The notes beneath the pieces were generated by a model, which was not told the DNA's origin, made no database searches, and worked only from the letters and a program-made list of their open reading frames with translations. From an uncultured Methanosarcinaceae archaeon (GTDB lineage: Archaea; Halobacteriota; Methanosarcinia; Methanosarcinales; Methanosarcinaceae): a DNA stretch of 64,000 nt. Made by a program: the position numbers and the translations under genes. Each line of letters begins with the position of its first letter. The first letter of the stretch is position 1. The stretch is from NCBI GenBank assembly GCA_963733675.1, contig CAVTET010000012.1, positions 224,001-288,000 of the forward strand, written 5' to 3'. Of the stretch, positions 1-12,783 are shown in pieces.

Positions 1-859
1 TTTTTACCTTTCCCTGTTTTTGCTTCATTTTCTTGAGATTTATCTGCTTTGTATATCCAGGCTCTGAAAGCATAACAATAGAAACATGAATCAATGCCTC
101 CTTTATTTTCAAATAAGGCAATTAAGCTGGCTATAAACCTGTCCAAAATTTATTCTTCTTTGCAGTTATCAATTATTCTTTTTATGGATCATAAGATGTT
201 GTACTGCCGATATTTAATAAGGGAAATCAAGAAATTTTCTGATAGAAATTCAACCATTACATTGTTCCTCAAGTTCAGAGTCGAAAAGACCATGCTAGTA
301 TTGTAAAATAGGCATTTTAAACATAAAGATTGCATCAGCTTCAGAGAGCCTCTGAAACTGTTTTGTTAATAATACATGAACTTAAACGTGGTATGAAAGG
401 ATTTCTTTCAATTAATTAAGGAATCAATTTTAGCAAATTTGTCTCCAACTATTTGAAGATGTTTGCATTCTTCATAAAGAGCAAAATAAGTAATATTTTT
501 CATGATATTTTTCATGAATAAAAATTACTGTTGAGAGATTTAAACTATGCTCTCGTTTAGAGAAATGAGATCAAACAAGAATCGACGAGTTATAAGTTTA
601 GATAAACAAAGCGAGTTGTTTGAAGCATATCCTATCCTTTAGTAAAGGTGATGGCTGCAATTAATTTTACAGAGATTTGAGGCCAACAAAATAGATGGAA
701 TTGTGAGATGCAATCTTTTAAGTTTTTGCATTCTGAAAGACTTTCTTTTTCCTTGACAAAAAATTATTAATTACTTGGTTTAATAACTTGAAAAAATACA
801 AAGCCTAAAATCAATTGCTTAGAGTTGTACAAAGAATAACGAAACTTGAGTATAAAAAG

Positions 860-908
860 GAAATAGTAAATTAAAATAGTAAGTTGAAATAGTAAATGAA
901 AAGTAACT
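860..908. repeat. Degenerate ~13-bp tandem repeat (GAAATAGTAAATT-like, ~4 units)
   Basis: gaaatagtaaatt/aaaatagtaagtt/gaaatagtaaat/gaaaagtaact read directly. Confidence 0.55.
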
Positions 909-1477
909 ATTCACCTACAAAAATCATTTGTTAATATCCATTTTGACACAACAGAAACTTCTAATCTTTAGTGATGAGAAATAAAAAAATTATCAATAGC
1001 CTACAGTTAAAGGAAACAAGCCCATCAGAATTTGTTCAATGAATTTTAGTAAAGATGGCTAAAGATATTGTTTTTTCAGGCTTAATAATTATTTTCAAAT
1101 AAAAGTAAAAAAGTGAATGAACATAAGAAATTTGACATTATATTTATGTACACAGATGTAGAATTCATTTACCTATTTAGCAACTATTATTCGTCGAAAG
1201 TTAGTTTAATTTTTAAGTTACTATCACATTGAAGAATAAACAACAAATGAATGTAGGATATTAAAGTAAAAAATGTAGATGACTTCGATAAATCTCTGAG
1301 TTTTGCTAGTTATCGTACACTATATAGGCGGATGAGGAAATATAGGAGTTTATCGAAATCTTCTGTGGTGAAGGCAAAAGAGCAAATTAATAAAAATGGA
1401 TGAAGGTAGGTTTGGATAGAATCAAAATTAGGTTCGATACGGATGGGATTAATGAAATAAAAGGGGTTTGCAGGATC

Positions 1478-1996
1478 ATGAAAAAACAACTTGAACAGCG
1501 TTTAATTGAGCTCAGGAAAGAATATGAAGCTGGGCAAAAAATAATGGAAGATATCAATTTAAAGCTTGTAGAACTTGAAAACAGGAAAAATAGCCTGAGT
1601 GAGACTCTCCTTAGGATTAGTGGAGCAATTAATCTACTCGTAGAAGTATTGGAAGGCAGTGAGGATGCACATGAGCAAATGATTAAAACAGTTTTAACTT
1701 ACGATGGTACTATAGAGGTCCCAAATGTTGTGAGACAGGCCCTTGAAAAGGCCAAGGAAAGTCTGAAAGAAGCAGGACTCGCAACAGGAACAGTGGTCGA
1801 ACAAAAAGGTATTCTTCCGATAGGTGTTATGGCTGGGGAAATTATCAGACAAGAACCTAAACAAGGAACAAAATTACCAGCAGGTTCAGCTGTAAATCTT
1901 GTAGTTGCGGCAAAAGGTAAATATCTACAAACAGTTGACAAAAAATTAATATATACTCCATATTCCGGCTGCAACTGTGAGCAAAAAAAGGAATGA
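1478..1996 (+). CDS. Coiled-coil + PASTA domain protein
   Basis: N-terminal heptad-like KKQLEQRLIELRKEYEAGQK...LLRISGAI; C-terminal VPNVV..LEKAKESLKEAGL...GEIIRQEPKQGTKLPAGSAVNLVV is PASTA-like. ATG 1478 preferred over ORF start 1400. Confidence 0.75.
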   Translation: MKKQLEQRLIELRKEYEAGQKIMEDINLKLVELENRKNSLSETLLRISGAINLLVEVLEGSEDAHEQMIKTVLTYDGTIEVPNVVRQALEKAKESLKEAGLATGTVVEQKGILPIGVMAGEIIRQEPKQGTKLPAGSAVNLVVAAKGKYLQTVDKKLIYTPYSGCNCEQKKE

Positions 1997-3249
1997 TATT
2001 AAGGTCTATCTAAATAAGATTGACGCTTACCTTAGCAACTCAAGAAGCTAATCCAGGAATTGATCTATGTTTTTGGTTTTCTTGAGAGCTTAGAGACCCA
2101 TGTACCTTTTAGGTTCTTTTTGAATAGCTTCTAAATAATTATTAAGTCGTTTCAAAAGTTTGATTAAAAGTAGTGATATGTATGTAAATATATGGGATCT
2201 TTAATCCCTATATTAGGCGATTACGCCAGTTTTCACTGCGATTTCATCCAGAATGAAAAACAGCGGTAAGATGGATAGAAAAAATTGAAAAGCCAGATAA
2301 AAGTCTGAAAGATCAAAATTGCAGTTGCTACTAAACTGCAAGCAACTGGACATGTTCTTACTACAGTTATGAATATAATGGGATTATTCAATATAATATA
2401 TTATAATTTGTTCATGTTTTTCTGATCTTTCCTTATTTTCAACATAGTTTTTGATGACATCATGAATTTTATCATTGACAGCAGTTACCACACTACCTAC
2501 TTCACTCTAAAGTTCACTACTGAATAGTGTTTTTAATATTAGATTTTTTTAAAAATTTTTCATTATGTGATATTTGGTATTATCTGCATTACCCTTGAGA
2601 GAGAATATTTTGTCCATCACCAACGAAAAAATGGACATGATATTTTCAGTAATGATTGTATCAAAGTCAAAGCAGTACCTTTTAACAATTTCAAAGCATA
2701 AATCCGATTTCAATACTCAAAATTTCAGATAAACTCTCAAGTTTTAGGATATTTAGCCTAATTATATATATTAATTGTCACATATAAATGTTTATCAAAA
2801 TACTCCTTTGATTATGCCATTGGCCAGAAAAAATTTGATGATAATTCGTACAGAATTAAAATCTATGTGATATCCGATTTTATAAACACAATGATTTGGA
2901 TTCCGTAGTTCCATTTTATAGTACCAAAGTAGATTAAAGAGAATTTTGATAAACCTTAGATTTCATAAATTGTTAATATTGGCATTATAAACAACCAGCC
3001 ATAAATTGGCATGTAGCAAAACCCTCAAAAATATAACTCATTTGGTTAATAACGGTTTGTGGAAATTTCCAGCTCCACAGCAAGCTGTGGGAAATTCGAC
3101 TGGACAATTTATGTACTTCATACTACATTAATAATTTATGTAATTATACTGATATTCTCTTTATTCGACCTTAGGATATATTTTCAGTCTTTTAACAACT
3201 GTTATTTGCAGGTGGTTCCTATTAGTATATTGGCAAAAAGGGGAATTTA

Positions 3250-3957
3250 ATGGAATCTACACTGAAATTCGGGGATAAAATCGCTGTGGCAGATGTGAGA
3301 AAACTCCATGATATGGAAGATGTATTGTTTGATAAGGAATGGTTTGAGAAAACAGAGGAGATTAATAAAGATATATATTACATGTTCAGGAATCTCGCAA
3401 AAAATGACGATGATCTTGAAGTAATTAAAGGCCATCATCTCAGATATGACATTACTGTAATTCCTCCCGGAATGCTTGGGTTGGAATATACAAAAACTGT
3501 AGGTCACTACCACCCTCAAGTTCCTAGGACAGATATTTCTTATCCTGAAATTTATCAGGTACTTGAAGGCTCTGCTACTTATCTACTGCAAAAAGTGGAG
3601 CATGAGCATGAGGATGTCCTTCAGGATGTCGTGGTTATCACAGCAGAAAAGGGGGATTTGGTGCTTATACCACCAGGATATGGGCATGTGACCATAAATG
3701 CTTCTGAAAATACCCTCAAAATGGCAAACTGGGTTTGCCGCGATTTTTCCTCCATTTATGAGCCTATTAAAAGGCTTTCTGGAGCTTCCTATTTCCTTTT
3801 AAAAGATGGATTTGCCAAGAATCCCCTCTACAGAAATGTTTTACCCATTCGTTTTCTTAGACCTCTGGATTATAACAACTTAGGACTAATTTCGGGAGAA
3901 AATATGTATACACTTGTACATAAAATTGAAAAACTTCAATTTTTGATCTCTCCATAA
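3250..3957 (+). CDS. pgi: Cupin-type (archaeal) glucose-6-phosphate isomerase
   Basis: Motifs LRYDITVIPPG, KTVGHYHP, YPEIYQVLEG, IPPGYGHVTIN. TAA at 3955 may be premature, since the frame continues NFLRYLTGMF to TGA. Confidence 0.85.
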   Translation: MESTLKFGDKIAVADVRKLHDMEDVLFDKEWFEKTEEINKDIYYMFRNLAKNDDDLEVIKGHHLRYDITVIPPGMLGLEYTKTVGHYHPQVPRTDISYPEIYQVLEGSATYLLQKVEHEHEDVLQDVVVITAEKGDLVLIPPGYGHVTINASENTLKMANWVCRDFSSIYEPIKRLSGASYFLLKDGFAKNPLYRNVLPIRFLRPLDYNNLGLISGENMYTLVHKIEKLQFLISP

Positions 3958-4462
3958 AATTTTTTAAGATATTTAACAGGGATGTTCTGATAGACAAATT
4001 TTATAGATTTTTCCGCTTAGACGCTTAGTTATAAGGTATTTCAATAGATCTATGATTTTCACGAGTTATTTTTATACTATTTACGAGTATATAATTAAAT
4101 TTAGGAGTTTAACGATTGCTCCCATATTATGATCTTCCTCTAGTTCCCTTTGGAAAATCTTTTCTCCACCTTTTGTGTCCTGTTTTCCGTAGATATAAAT
4201 GAGAATGCCAGCTATTTTCTCAATATGAAATCGCTGAAAAAGAACATGCAATTCTTTGAATAATAGGCATAGATAGCTGAAAATACTTTTCACTTTGCTT
4301 TTTTGACTACTGACGTCATCTCTACCTTGAAAAAAGGTTGCATCTATTTTAGTTTTTAAAAACCGTTGTAAAACTGATCAATGAATTGTCATCGAAAGTT
4401 CAAAAATGTGATTTTGATCACGGATACAAAATTGGCTTTGAGGCAATTTTATTTCCTACTAA

Positions 4463-5333
4463 GAGGCTATCCGAAAAGTCCTGCTGATCTGAAGTTATCA
4501 ATGCGCACGCTAAATGTAGGACAGCAAGGTAATTTTCAATTTTCTTTTCCCATCTTATAAGGAGTCTCTGAATCTATTCAACCAAGAATGTGCCCTTTCT
4601 ACAACCCATCTTCTTGCCCTAAAACCAGGTATGTACCTTCTTATGTTTTCTTCTCCACGACTTTTGATATGCGCAGTATAACCATAGTCTTCAACCAATT
4701 TTCTGATATCTGTGAAATCATAACCCTTATCCATGCATATATTCTGAATTATGTCTTCTGGAGAAGGTCTTTCAAAGAATATGGCGTCTAAAGTCCTTTT
4801 TACAAGCTTTTTATCGTGACGATTGGCTCCATCAACGACAACAGAAAGTGGTATGCCTTTACCATCAGTTAAAACAATCCTTTTTGTACCTTTTTTGCCA
4901 CGATCAGTAGGATTGGCTTCTGTTCCAGCTCCACCTAATGGTGTTTTTGTCATAGCACCATCAATTGATTGTCATTCCCATTCTAAATCATTTTTCGAAA
5001 TCATACTCAACAAGACCAGCCAGCCACATGCTCTCAAATAAGCCTGATCGTCGCTATTCCTGAAATCGATCATGTACAGTGCTTGGAGCTCCATAAAATC
5101 GTGGCAATGCTTTCCATTGGTAACCAGTAACAAGGAGATAGAAAATGCCACTCATTATTTTCCTATCACCCTTTCTAGGTCTTCCAGACTTCTTTTTTGG
5201 CTGAGGTACAGGTAGTAAAGGTTCTATTTTTTTCCAATAATCTTCAGAAATTTCGTAGTGCTGAACAATTTTCAGTTTTGTCATTACCACACATGATCTG
5301 AAATTGAAAGTATATTATTTTTCCAATAGGCTC
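4463..5333 (-). mobile_element. IS5-family insertion sequence, defective copy 1
   Basis: Imperfect 15-bp TIRs GAGCCTATTGGAAAA/GAGGCTATCCGAAAA; TAA duplicated on both sides; transposase fragments (WKALP..YGAPSTVHDRFQE; DKGYD; RWVVER..SWL) with stops and frameshifts. Confidence 0.92.
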
Positions 5334-5503
5334 TAAGTACATGTAATTGCAAACCCACGCAAAACTGATAAACGCCATCAGTAGTCAAGAATTGCAGAAA
5401 ATGAGCTCAAAAAACTTCCCCATTAAATCTCAAATAAAAATAAATATTGATATTTTTTTCACAAATGTTGAATAGTTGCTATCTATCCTTATATTTTCCT
5501 CTT

Positions 5504-6778
5504 TCATTTTTGAGTCGACTCCGTAATTTCTCCACTAATGTCTTCCCTTAGCATAGAAACGGCTTTATCAAAATCATTCGTCTGACCGAGAACCCACATA
5601 AGCTTAACAAGCGATGTTTCAGGTAGAGTATCTTCTCCCTCAATTGCGCCAGCCTTAATCATATCATAGCCAGTATCATAGACACGGTCACAAATTCTAC
5701 CACTAAGGCATTGAGATGTAATTACAACAGGTATTTTAGCATATGTGGCTTTTCGGATTAAAGGGATCCAGGTAGTAGAAACATGACCCAAACCTGTACC
5801 CTCAAGAACCAGTCCCTTATACTCATTTTCGATATAAAAGTTAAGAACTGCAGGATCTGCACCTGGGATAAATTTCACAAGAGCACATTTAGGCTCCATT
5901 CCAGGCTTGAATTTTAGAGGTTTTTCTCCACGTTTAGTATAGTCAATGAAAGTTTTTATTTCCCTCGTATTGTAGTCTACAACTCCTATTGGAAGAGAAT
6001 TTATAGACTTGAAAGCATCCCTGCGTGAACTATGCATCTTTCGGACTTTTGTGCCTCGATGAATCTCACAGAAATCATCTGAAGTTGTGCCATGCATAAC
6101 AACCGAAACTTCGGCAACGTCGCTTATAGCTACCAAAGCTGCACAGATCGCATTCATGGCATTGTCACTGCTGGGACGATCTGCACTCCTTTGGGAACCT
6201 ACAAGAACAATAGGTACAGGCGTTTCTATCATAAAAGAAAGGGCTGCAGCAGTGTACATCATGGTGTCCGTGCCATGGGTAATAATCACTCCGTCAGCTC
6301 CTGTGTGTATTTCCTCTACGACTGCATGGGCAAGGTTTTGCCAGGACTCTGAATCCATATTTTCTGAGAGGATGCTCGAGATAACCTTGCCCTTGAAGTC
6401 AGCTATTTCCCTGAGTTCAGGAATTGCGGCAAGGATATCATCAGCGGTAAACTGGGACGTAACTGCTCCTGTTCGATAGTCGATCTTACTTGCAATAGTC
6501 CCGCCCGTTGAAAGAATTGCTACTTTAGGAAGCTTTTTCCCAGGCAATGGAAGCTTTTCTCTTGTCTTTTTGTATTCTTCACGATCTTTACTGCTTCTAT
6601 TTGCATTTTTTTCTTTACTTTCCAGAAGGGTTATCTGGACACTATTCATGGAAAAACCAGCATTATAACCGCTTTTCATTTTTATTGTAATGTATTCTTC
6701 CATTGACGGCATCACTTGGCCTTCAAATACTGTCCCTTTTTTCTCAATACGTATCCAATCGCCTTGTTTGAATTCCAT
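5504..6778 (-). CDS. gatD: Glu-tRNA(Gln) amidotransferase subunit D
   Basis: N-terminal [10 protein letters not shown]; asparaginase motifs [36 protein letters not shown]. Confidence 0.97.
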   Translation of the reverse strand: MEFKQGDWIRIEKKGTVFEGQVMPSMEEYITIKMKSGYNAGFSMNSVQITLLESKEKNANRSSKDREEYKKTREKLPLPGKKLPKVAILSTGGTIASKIDYRTGAVTSQFTADDILAAIPELREIADFKGKVISSILSENMDSESWQNLAHAVVEEIHTGADGVIITHGTDTMMYTAAALSFMIETPVPIVLVGSQRSADRPSSDNAMNAICAALVAISDVAEVSVVMHGTTSDDFCEIHRGTKVRKMHSSRRDAFKSINSLPIGVVDYNTREIKTFIDYTKRGEKPLKFKPGMEPKCALVKFIPGADPAVLNFYIENEYKGLVLEGTGLGHVSTTWIPLIRKATYAKIPVVITSQCLSGRICDRVYDTGYDMIKAGAIEGEDTLPETSLVKLMWVLGQTNDFDKAVSMLREDISGEITESTQK

Positions 6779-6946
6779 GCATTAATCCCTTTTCTACTGT
6801 TTTTTGAGATGCTATCTAAATGATACTATCAAAAATACCATATTTTTTGTGCGATACTAATTGTTACATATACTTCTTGCGATTCTAAGAGGTTAAGATA
6901 ATACTAAAATTAAAAATTTTTTCGTGCTTAAACTCAACATTTAAGC

Positions 6947-8416
6947 TTATCTATACTCATTAACTATTGCAAGCAAATTTTCAAAAGCCGAGTTGATAAT
7001 TTTTTTAAGGTTTGCAATTTCCTGTTTGTCAAGTTCTAAATCAGTCTGTCTTTTTGCGAGGTAACGCAGTACTTCCTCTGGAGCAGGCCCACCAGCAACT
7101 TTCCTTCTCTTTATGCTTGAAACAGGGTCAAGAGCTTCAGTTACCATATTTTCAGTTAGTCCCATTCCTGAAAGAGACTCTTCCAACACAATTTTGGCCG
7201 TAGAATCAATATTTTCTAGTGTAAGTTTTCCTCCTTCTTTTGCCAGCATTCCAACAATCTGGTGGGCAGTCCTAAATGGGATGCCTGTTTGACGAACGAT
7301 GGTATCTGCAAGTTCTGTAGCTGTTGTAAAACCTTCAATTGACTTGTCTGCTAGTACGTCAATGTGGACTCTCATTGTCCGTATCATTCCCTCCATTACA
7401 TTTACAGATGCTCTAACCGTTTCAATCGAGCGGCATATATTTGGAGTTGCTTCCTGAAGATCCCTATTGTAACTCAGGGGCAGGCCTTTGCAGATCGTAA
7501 GCAAAGACATGAGAGCTCCAAAAGCTATCCCAGTTTTCCCGCGCATGAGTTCGGCAGAGTCAGGATTTTTTTTCTGTGGCATTATCGAGGAAGTGGAGGC
7601 GTACATATCATTCAGTTCGATGAAATTGAATTCGGATGAAGACCAAACTACAAGTTCTTCGGCCATCCGACTTAGGTTTACCATCAAGTTTGCAAATACC
7701 GATGCGCATTCAATAAGAAAGTCCCTGCTGCTTACTGCATCCATTGAGTTTTCGAGCAAGCCTTCAAAACCAAGGAGTTCTTGAGTCCTTTTCCTGTTGA
7801 GGTTAAAACCCGTAGATGCGAATGCAGCAGCTCCTAGTGGGCAGAGGTTTGTCCTGGAAAAAGCATCCTTAACCCTGTCGAAGTCTCTGCCGACTGCAGC
7901 TTCATGAGCGCATAGGTGATGGGCAAGGGTTGTTGGCTGAGCATGTTGTAGGTGTGTAAAACCAGGCATAAGGGTATTGATATGTTTTTCTGCAAGGTTT
8001 ATCAGGGTGTTTCGTAGGACAAAGATTTCCTCCAGAAGTCCAGTCAGTTCTTCTCTTAGAGCCAGCCGGATGCAGGTTGCAACTTCATCGTTTCTGGAAC
8101 GTCCCGAGTGCATTCTGCCCCCAACTTCTTCTCCAACAATATCAATAAGTCTTGACTCAAGGGATATATGAATATCTTCGTAGCTGAAATCAAGCTCTCC
8201 CATTCCTTCTTCCCGGATTCTCAAAAGCCCGCTAAGGATTTTACTGCAGTCTTCCGTATTAATAATGCATTGTTCTTTCAACATAACTGTGTGAGCAAGG
8301 TCTACTGCTATATCAAAATTAAAAAGCCATTTGTCAGCTTCCATTGAGGAGGTATAATGTAAAATTTCGTCTTTCTGAGCATCTCCCAACCTTCCTCGAC
8401 GTAAAATATTGCTCAT
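6947..8416 (-). CDS. argH: Argininosuccinate lyase
   Basis: HSGRSRNDEV, MPGFTHLQHAQP, SSIMPQKKNPD, YNRDLQE motifs. Confidence 0.97.
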   Translation of the reverse strand: MSNILRRGRLGDAQKDEILHYTSSMEADKWLFNFDIAVDLAHTVMLKEQCIINTEDCSKILSGLLRIREEGMGELDFSYEDIHISLESRLIDIVGEEVGGRMHSGRSRNDEVATCIRLALREELTGLLEEIFVLRNTLINLAEKHINTLMPGFTHLQHAQPTTLAHHLCAHEAAVGRDFDRVKDAFSRTNLCPLGAAAFASTGFNLNRKRTQELLGFEGLLENSMDAVSSRDFLIECASVFANLMVNLSRMAEELVVWSSSEFNFIELNDMYASTSSIMPQKKNPDSAELMRGKTGIAFGALMSLLTICKGLPLSYNRDLQEATPNICRSIETVRASVNVMEGMIRTMRVHIDVLADKSIEGFTTATELADTIVRQTGIPFRTAHQIVGMLAKEGGKLTLENIDSTAKIVLEESLSGMGLTENMVTEALDPVSSIKRRKVAGGPAPEEVLRYLAKRQTDLELDKQEIANLKKIINSAFENLLAIVNEYR

Positions 8417-9691
8417 AGGTTTTCCTCCCTGTAATCTTTTTTGTGGTCATTCTGAAAGGAACTTGCATGTGTGAGATTTTTTATTCTACTAATAAATTTC
8501 TCTATAAAGTATATCTTGGAGATTAAAAGTGCCCTTGCGCTCATATGTTCAAAATATGTGACAGGATTTCATTCCAAACGCTTTATGTGGATTACTATCA
8601 ATAAATATTTAATAATATTTGTATCAAATGGGCATTTTTTTTCGAGGCGAGTTCAATTAAATTCCAAAATATTATCCATACTTCTGGCTTCTGATACTTC
8701 GCTATAAACCTCAAATTTACTGTTATTCCATCTTTTTACCTCATACATTCCACTACTATTCTAACTCTTAACTTTAATCTCAGTTATTCTTAAACTCGAA
8801 GTACAAACATATCAAATCTTAACTTTTTCTCGTCTACGGCCTTATGTCTCTTTTGAACATACTTTAATCCCATATAAACAAAAATGCTATCTATTTTTTC
8901 AATATGACAGTAGTTTAAAAATTAATCTAACTTCCAATTAATACTAGTGACAAATAGACAGCAAATTGCATATTTGTCTTAATCAGGGAATGTTGGTACT
9001 AAAATTTATCACGGGAAACGTTTGTTCAATGTGATATTTATCTGGTCTCATTATGAATATGGATTTGGCTACATAATAGGATATAATTTAAGTGAAATTG
9101 TAACATCTAAATTATCGTACTAAGTAGCCTAAGTAGGTTTCTTTGGATGTATTTTAGATTTGTTAAGAAAATTTGAATGAGAAAGTTCGCTTATACATAT
9201 TTAAAATCTTTTTATTCCTAAACAAAGCTGCTACCTGAAAAAGAGTCAATTTATAGTCCATTTTTGTCTTCTTGGAATTTCAATTTATCACTTAGAATAC
9301 AAGACCGATTAGAACTTCTTTGGAAAATTTAAAGTATAAACTTCTTTTTTCCCTTGATTATATTAGGAATTATGCATTTGAATTTCCACAACTTTAAAAA
9401 TATTTAAAATACATTAAACTATAAAGAAGTTATAAAAATGCTAAACGTTATATCTATAAAGCTGCCAAAATATACTAACCTTGGTTACCTTATCTTACCC
9501 ACAAAAAGACCTTAAATTACTCTATAATCGTCCCAGCTTTGACTTAATAGTCGAAATTCGGGCTTATGTATCAGAAAAATAAGGTGATACTAAATAAAAT
9601 AGTGCTATATTAATTAAAAGAAGTAAATGGCTTGATCATGAAATTTGTTTTCTTCCTCAAATGTGCATTCCTGTAAGTACATTCAATAAAT

Positions 9692-10167
9692 TTAACGATA
9701 TAGTATCGATCTATAAATAAAGATAACAAAGGGATTGAGGGCATGGCGGGAAGAGATAAAAACCCGCCATTTGTTTGGAGAGAAGGGACAGGATAGACAA
9801 CCAGACCTGCCCCCGGCTGAAGTGTGAACTAGACTGATTAAGAGGTCCACATATATTTTTAGTGTTAAACTATTTAACTTTAAGTACATAATCAAAGATT
9901 AGGGAAGTTGCAAAGAGGCATCCCCCCCGGCTGTCTGTATCGTTTTTTCATCTGCAAAAAAAGATTCTGGATATCTGTGCAAAAAAGCTTCGTATATTCT
10001 GAAATAACCAAAATCGAAAAAGGAACCAAGGCTTATTAAAGTAACATTTAAAATACCTCTTATAGTCATATCGAATGGAACATCAATTAATCCAAGAAGA
10101 GCAAATAAAATTGCAAACTGGAATAGGGGTACCATGAATAAAATAATCCATGCCGTTAATAAACGAT
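9692..10167 (-). pseudogene. Putative membrane protein remnant, 5' end removed by IS6
   Basis: Hydrophobic ORF running out of the IS6 end; ORFs 9899..10189 and 9692..9895 share a frame and are separated by one TAA. Confidence 0.35.
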
Positions 10168-11019
10168 GGCTCCGTTGCAAAAAATTCAAAAAAATATGTA
10201 AATCTATGCGTATAAAAAAATCAAAATATTCAAGGAAAATGTACTAACATTATAAAATAATGCCAAACAACTGATTAATGTATTTGACTTCATTAAGAAC
10301 CGAGTAATTTAAATTATTGACTTGTCTTTTTTAATCATATTCATAGTTTCAATTCCTTTTAAAGTTTTATTAGCAGACCGAAAAGACTGAAATCCTAACA
10401 TTGAATGAACTATCCGCTTTATAGATCTATGATCTTGTTCTATAATGTTATTCAAACACTTGATTTGTCGAATGCCTACGTTTTTAGGTAGTATTTTATC
10501 ATTTTTCAGTTCATCTATAGCAGGTGGATAAGCTGGATTCTTATCAACTGTTATTACTCTCGGAATTTGATTATTATTAGAACTCAAAGCTTTCTTAAAG
10601 AATCTCTTCGCTGCCTTTCTATCTCGTTTTGAACTTAACATAAAATCAATTTTATCTCCATTTGAGTCAACTGCTCGGTAAAAATAGTTCCATTTACCTT
10701 TTACTTTGATATAGGTTTCATCAACTCTCCACGAATCGTTTGTTAGTCTTAAATATTTTCTTATTTTCTTTTCTAGTTCAGGGGAATATTGATGTACCCA
10801 TCTCATTATAGTACTGTGATCAACTTGAATTCCTCTTTCTATCATCATTTCCTTTAAATTTGTATAGCTCAATGGATATTTTAAGTACCATCTTACATTC
10901 AATAGGATAATTTCTCCTTCATAAGGCTTCCATTTAAAGGAATTAGATAGCATATTACTATCTTTGGTTTTCGTTTTATTCTATTGCATCATTAGAAAGG
11001 ATTTTTTGCAACGGAATCC
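10168..11019 (-). mobile_element. IS6-family element (copy a); transposase 10309..10953 C-terminally frameshifted
   Basis: TIRs GG(A/C)TCCGTTGCAAAAA-like; WRVDETYIKVKGKW.Y.YRAVD, TVDK, NNIIEQDHR motifs; no TSD. Confidence 0.95.
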
Positions 11020-11579
11020 ATATCCGTAATACTTTATGATGAATAATTCTTCATAATTTGATTAAGTGTTGATTTTTAATGTGAGGGTTACAATCAAAAA
11101 AATCATAAATTCGTTTAGGTAGTAACTAGGTATAATTTCTTCTTTAGAGCTATAGAAAATTGAATTCTTAGAGGAGATTGCAAAAAATGAAATTAAGGTG
11201 TAGATATGAAGTTTTTTCTTATGAAAGCCGAGAAAATTGGAAATTAATAAGAATAGTCATTCGGAACTACACCAAATCAGAACTAATAAAAGTGCGCTTC
11301 CTTCATCCGGATTTTTGGGCTCATTTTATACCTGGAGCTTTATACGTGACCTTATCCACTTTGATGGTGTTAATAGCAATTTATTATTAATGTTACAGCT
11401 TCCACTAAGAATTTTCTAGAAACGTTATTCTTCACAGATGGAGCTATCCAAAATCCATGTTATTCTAGATCATGATTTAAGATTGTGGCAGGGTTGAAGC
11501 TTCAATCATCTATTTCATTTTTCTTTGATCATATGGGACTGGTATACTTGCCTCTCATCATGGACTTTCGCGGTCTTAA

Positions 11580-12154
11580 TGGAGGGATAAAAACGAAGCT
11601 AGAATAGCTAAGATATTTTCTTGCTACAGTAGCATTCCCTCAGCATGGGTATCAGGTGGCCAGGCACTGAGCTCAATAGCTTTCGCTCGGATACGCTGGC
11701 GTTCAGCAACATCGTTATAAGCCCAAATATGCACGAGCTTGTTGAGCGTGCCGATGACTGTTTGCCATGCCCTAATGAATGGTGACAGTTTTCGGCACTC
11801 CTCGATTTTATCACCCCAACGCCTTATGACCTCTGTCATGAAGCTTGTCCCATAGCTGTATGTACGAATTTCATAGATATTTCCATACTCCTTCGGCGTG
11901 ATAGGAGGTGAAAAGGGCAAAAATTCCAAGATTAGCGTATCTTCTTCAAGTATAAACTTTTAGATATCTGCCGGCCATTCTGCCAGTTTTGAAGATTGCT
12001 TCATAACCCGATCACGCTCTATCAGGCTCTCATATGGCTAAATATGAATCACTTGGTTGAGCGTGCCGACCTCTGTATGCCAAAAGCCACCTAGTGGAGA
12101 GAACTTAATGCGTGCTGGCAAGGCGCTTGTATATCTTTCCTCTACGATGGCCAT
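11580..12154 (-). pseudogene. NIPSNAP family protein, fragmented
   Basis: Two repeats GGFWHTEVGTLNQVIHI* and IYEIRTY...AWQTVIGTLNKLVHIWAY..AERQRIR with stops and frameshifts. Confidence 0.8.
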
Positions 12155-12431
12155 GGCTGCGATTTTCAATTGTTGTCTCAACATCTCGATTATCATGAGG
12201 ATCCTCCTGCAGTTAATCGTTCGATGTATATGATAGTGGATATAGCCAGTTCCACAAGACACGACTCATCCCCGGCATTAACGCATAGGTCATCAGGGTG
12301 GCCAAGAGCACATTGGTCACTACATTTGTCGCAGGAGACATAGAATAATGATATATTTATTATTTTATTGAAGAAATATTATTTGATATTTAAGCAATAA
12401 TAAACGAAAGCTGTAAACAATATAAGTATTT

Positions 12432-12760
12432 ATGGTAGTTGGAGCTGAACCAAAGTATTCTCCTTCAAAAGTCATGCAAATTATAAAAAGTATTATAGCA
12501 AGATAAATCTTTAAACAATACCCTGAAATCAAAAAACAGCTTTAGGGTGGTGAACTGTAGAGTGATGGAGGTTACATTGGAACTATAGAAGATGGAACAA
12601 CTTCAGATGTTATCAAAAACGATGTTGAAAATCAGGGAAACAGGGAAGAAAAAGAAGCATATCAGCAAATGAAAATATTCGATTTTTAATAGCCATTAAA
12701 ACCAGAGCGGTGGCGTGAACATACCCCGTTGCTTGCAGCGGGGTATGTTCGCGCAACTTT
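12432..12760 (+). mobile_element. IS200/IS605 tnpA 3' remnant with terminal hairpin
   Basis: Reads GAEPKYSPSKVMQIIKS...EIKKQL*GGEL*SDGGYIGT...VENQG; hairpin GAACATACCCCG..CGGGGTATGTTC at ~12717-12750. Confidence 0.85.
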
Positions 12761-12783
12761 GATTTAAAAATAACTGGGGAGTT

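Noticed and set aside
11178-11419. Short ORFs after an RBS-like GAGGAG
   Set aside because: No recognisable family; likely fragments or spurious.
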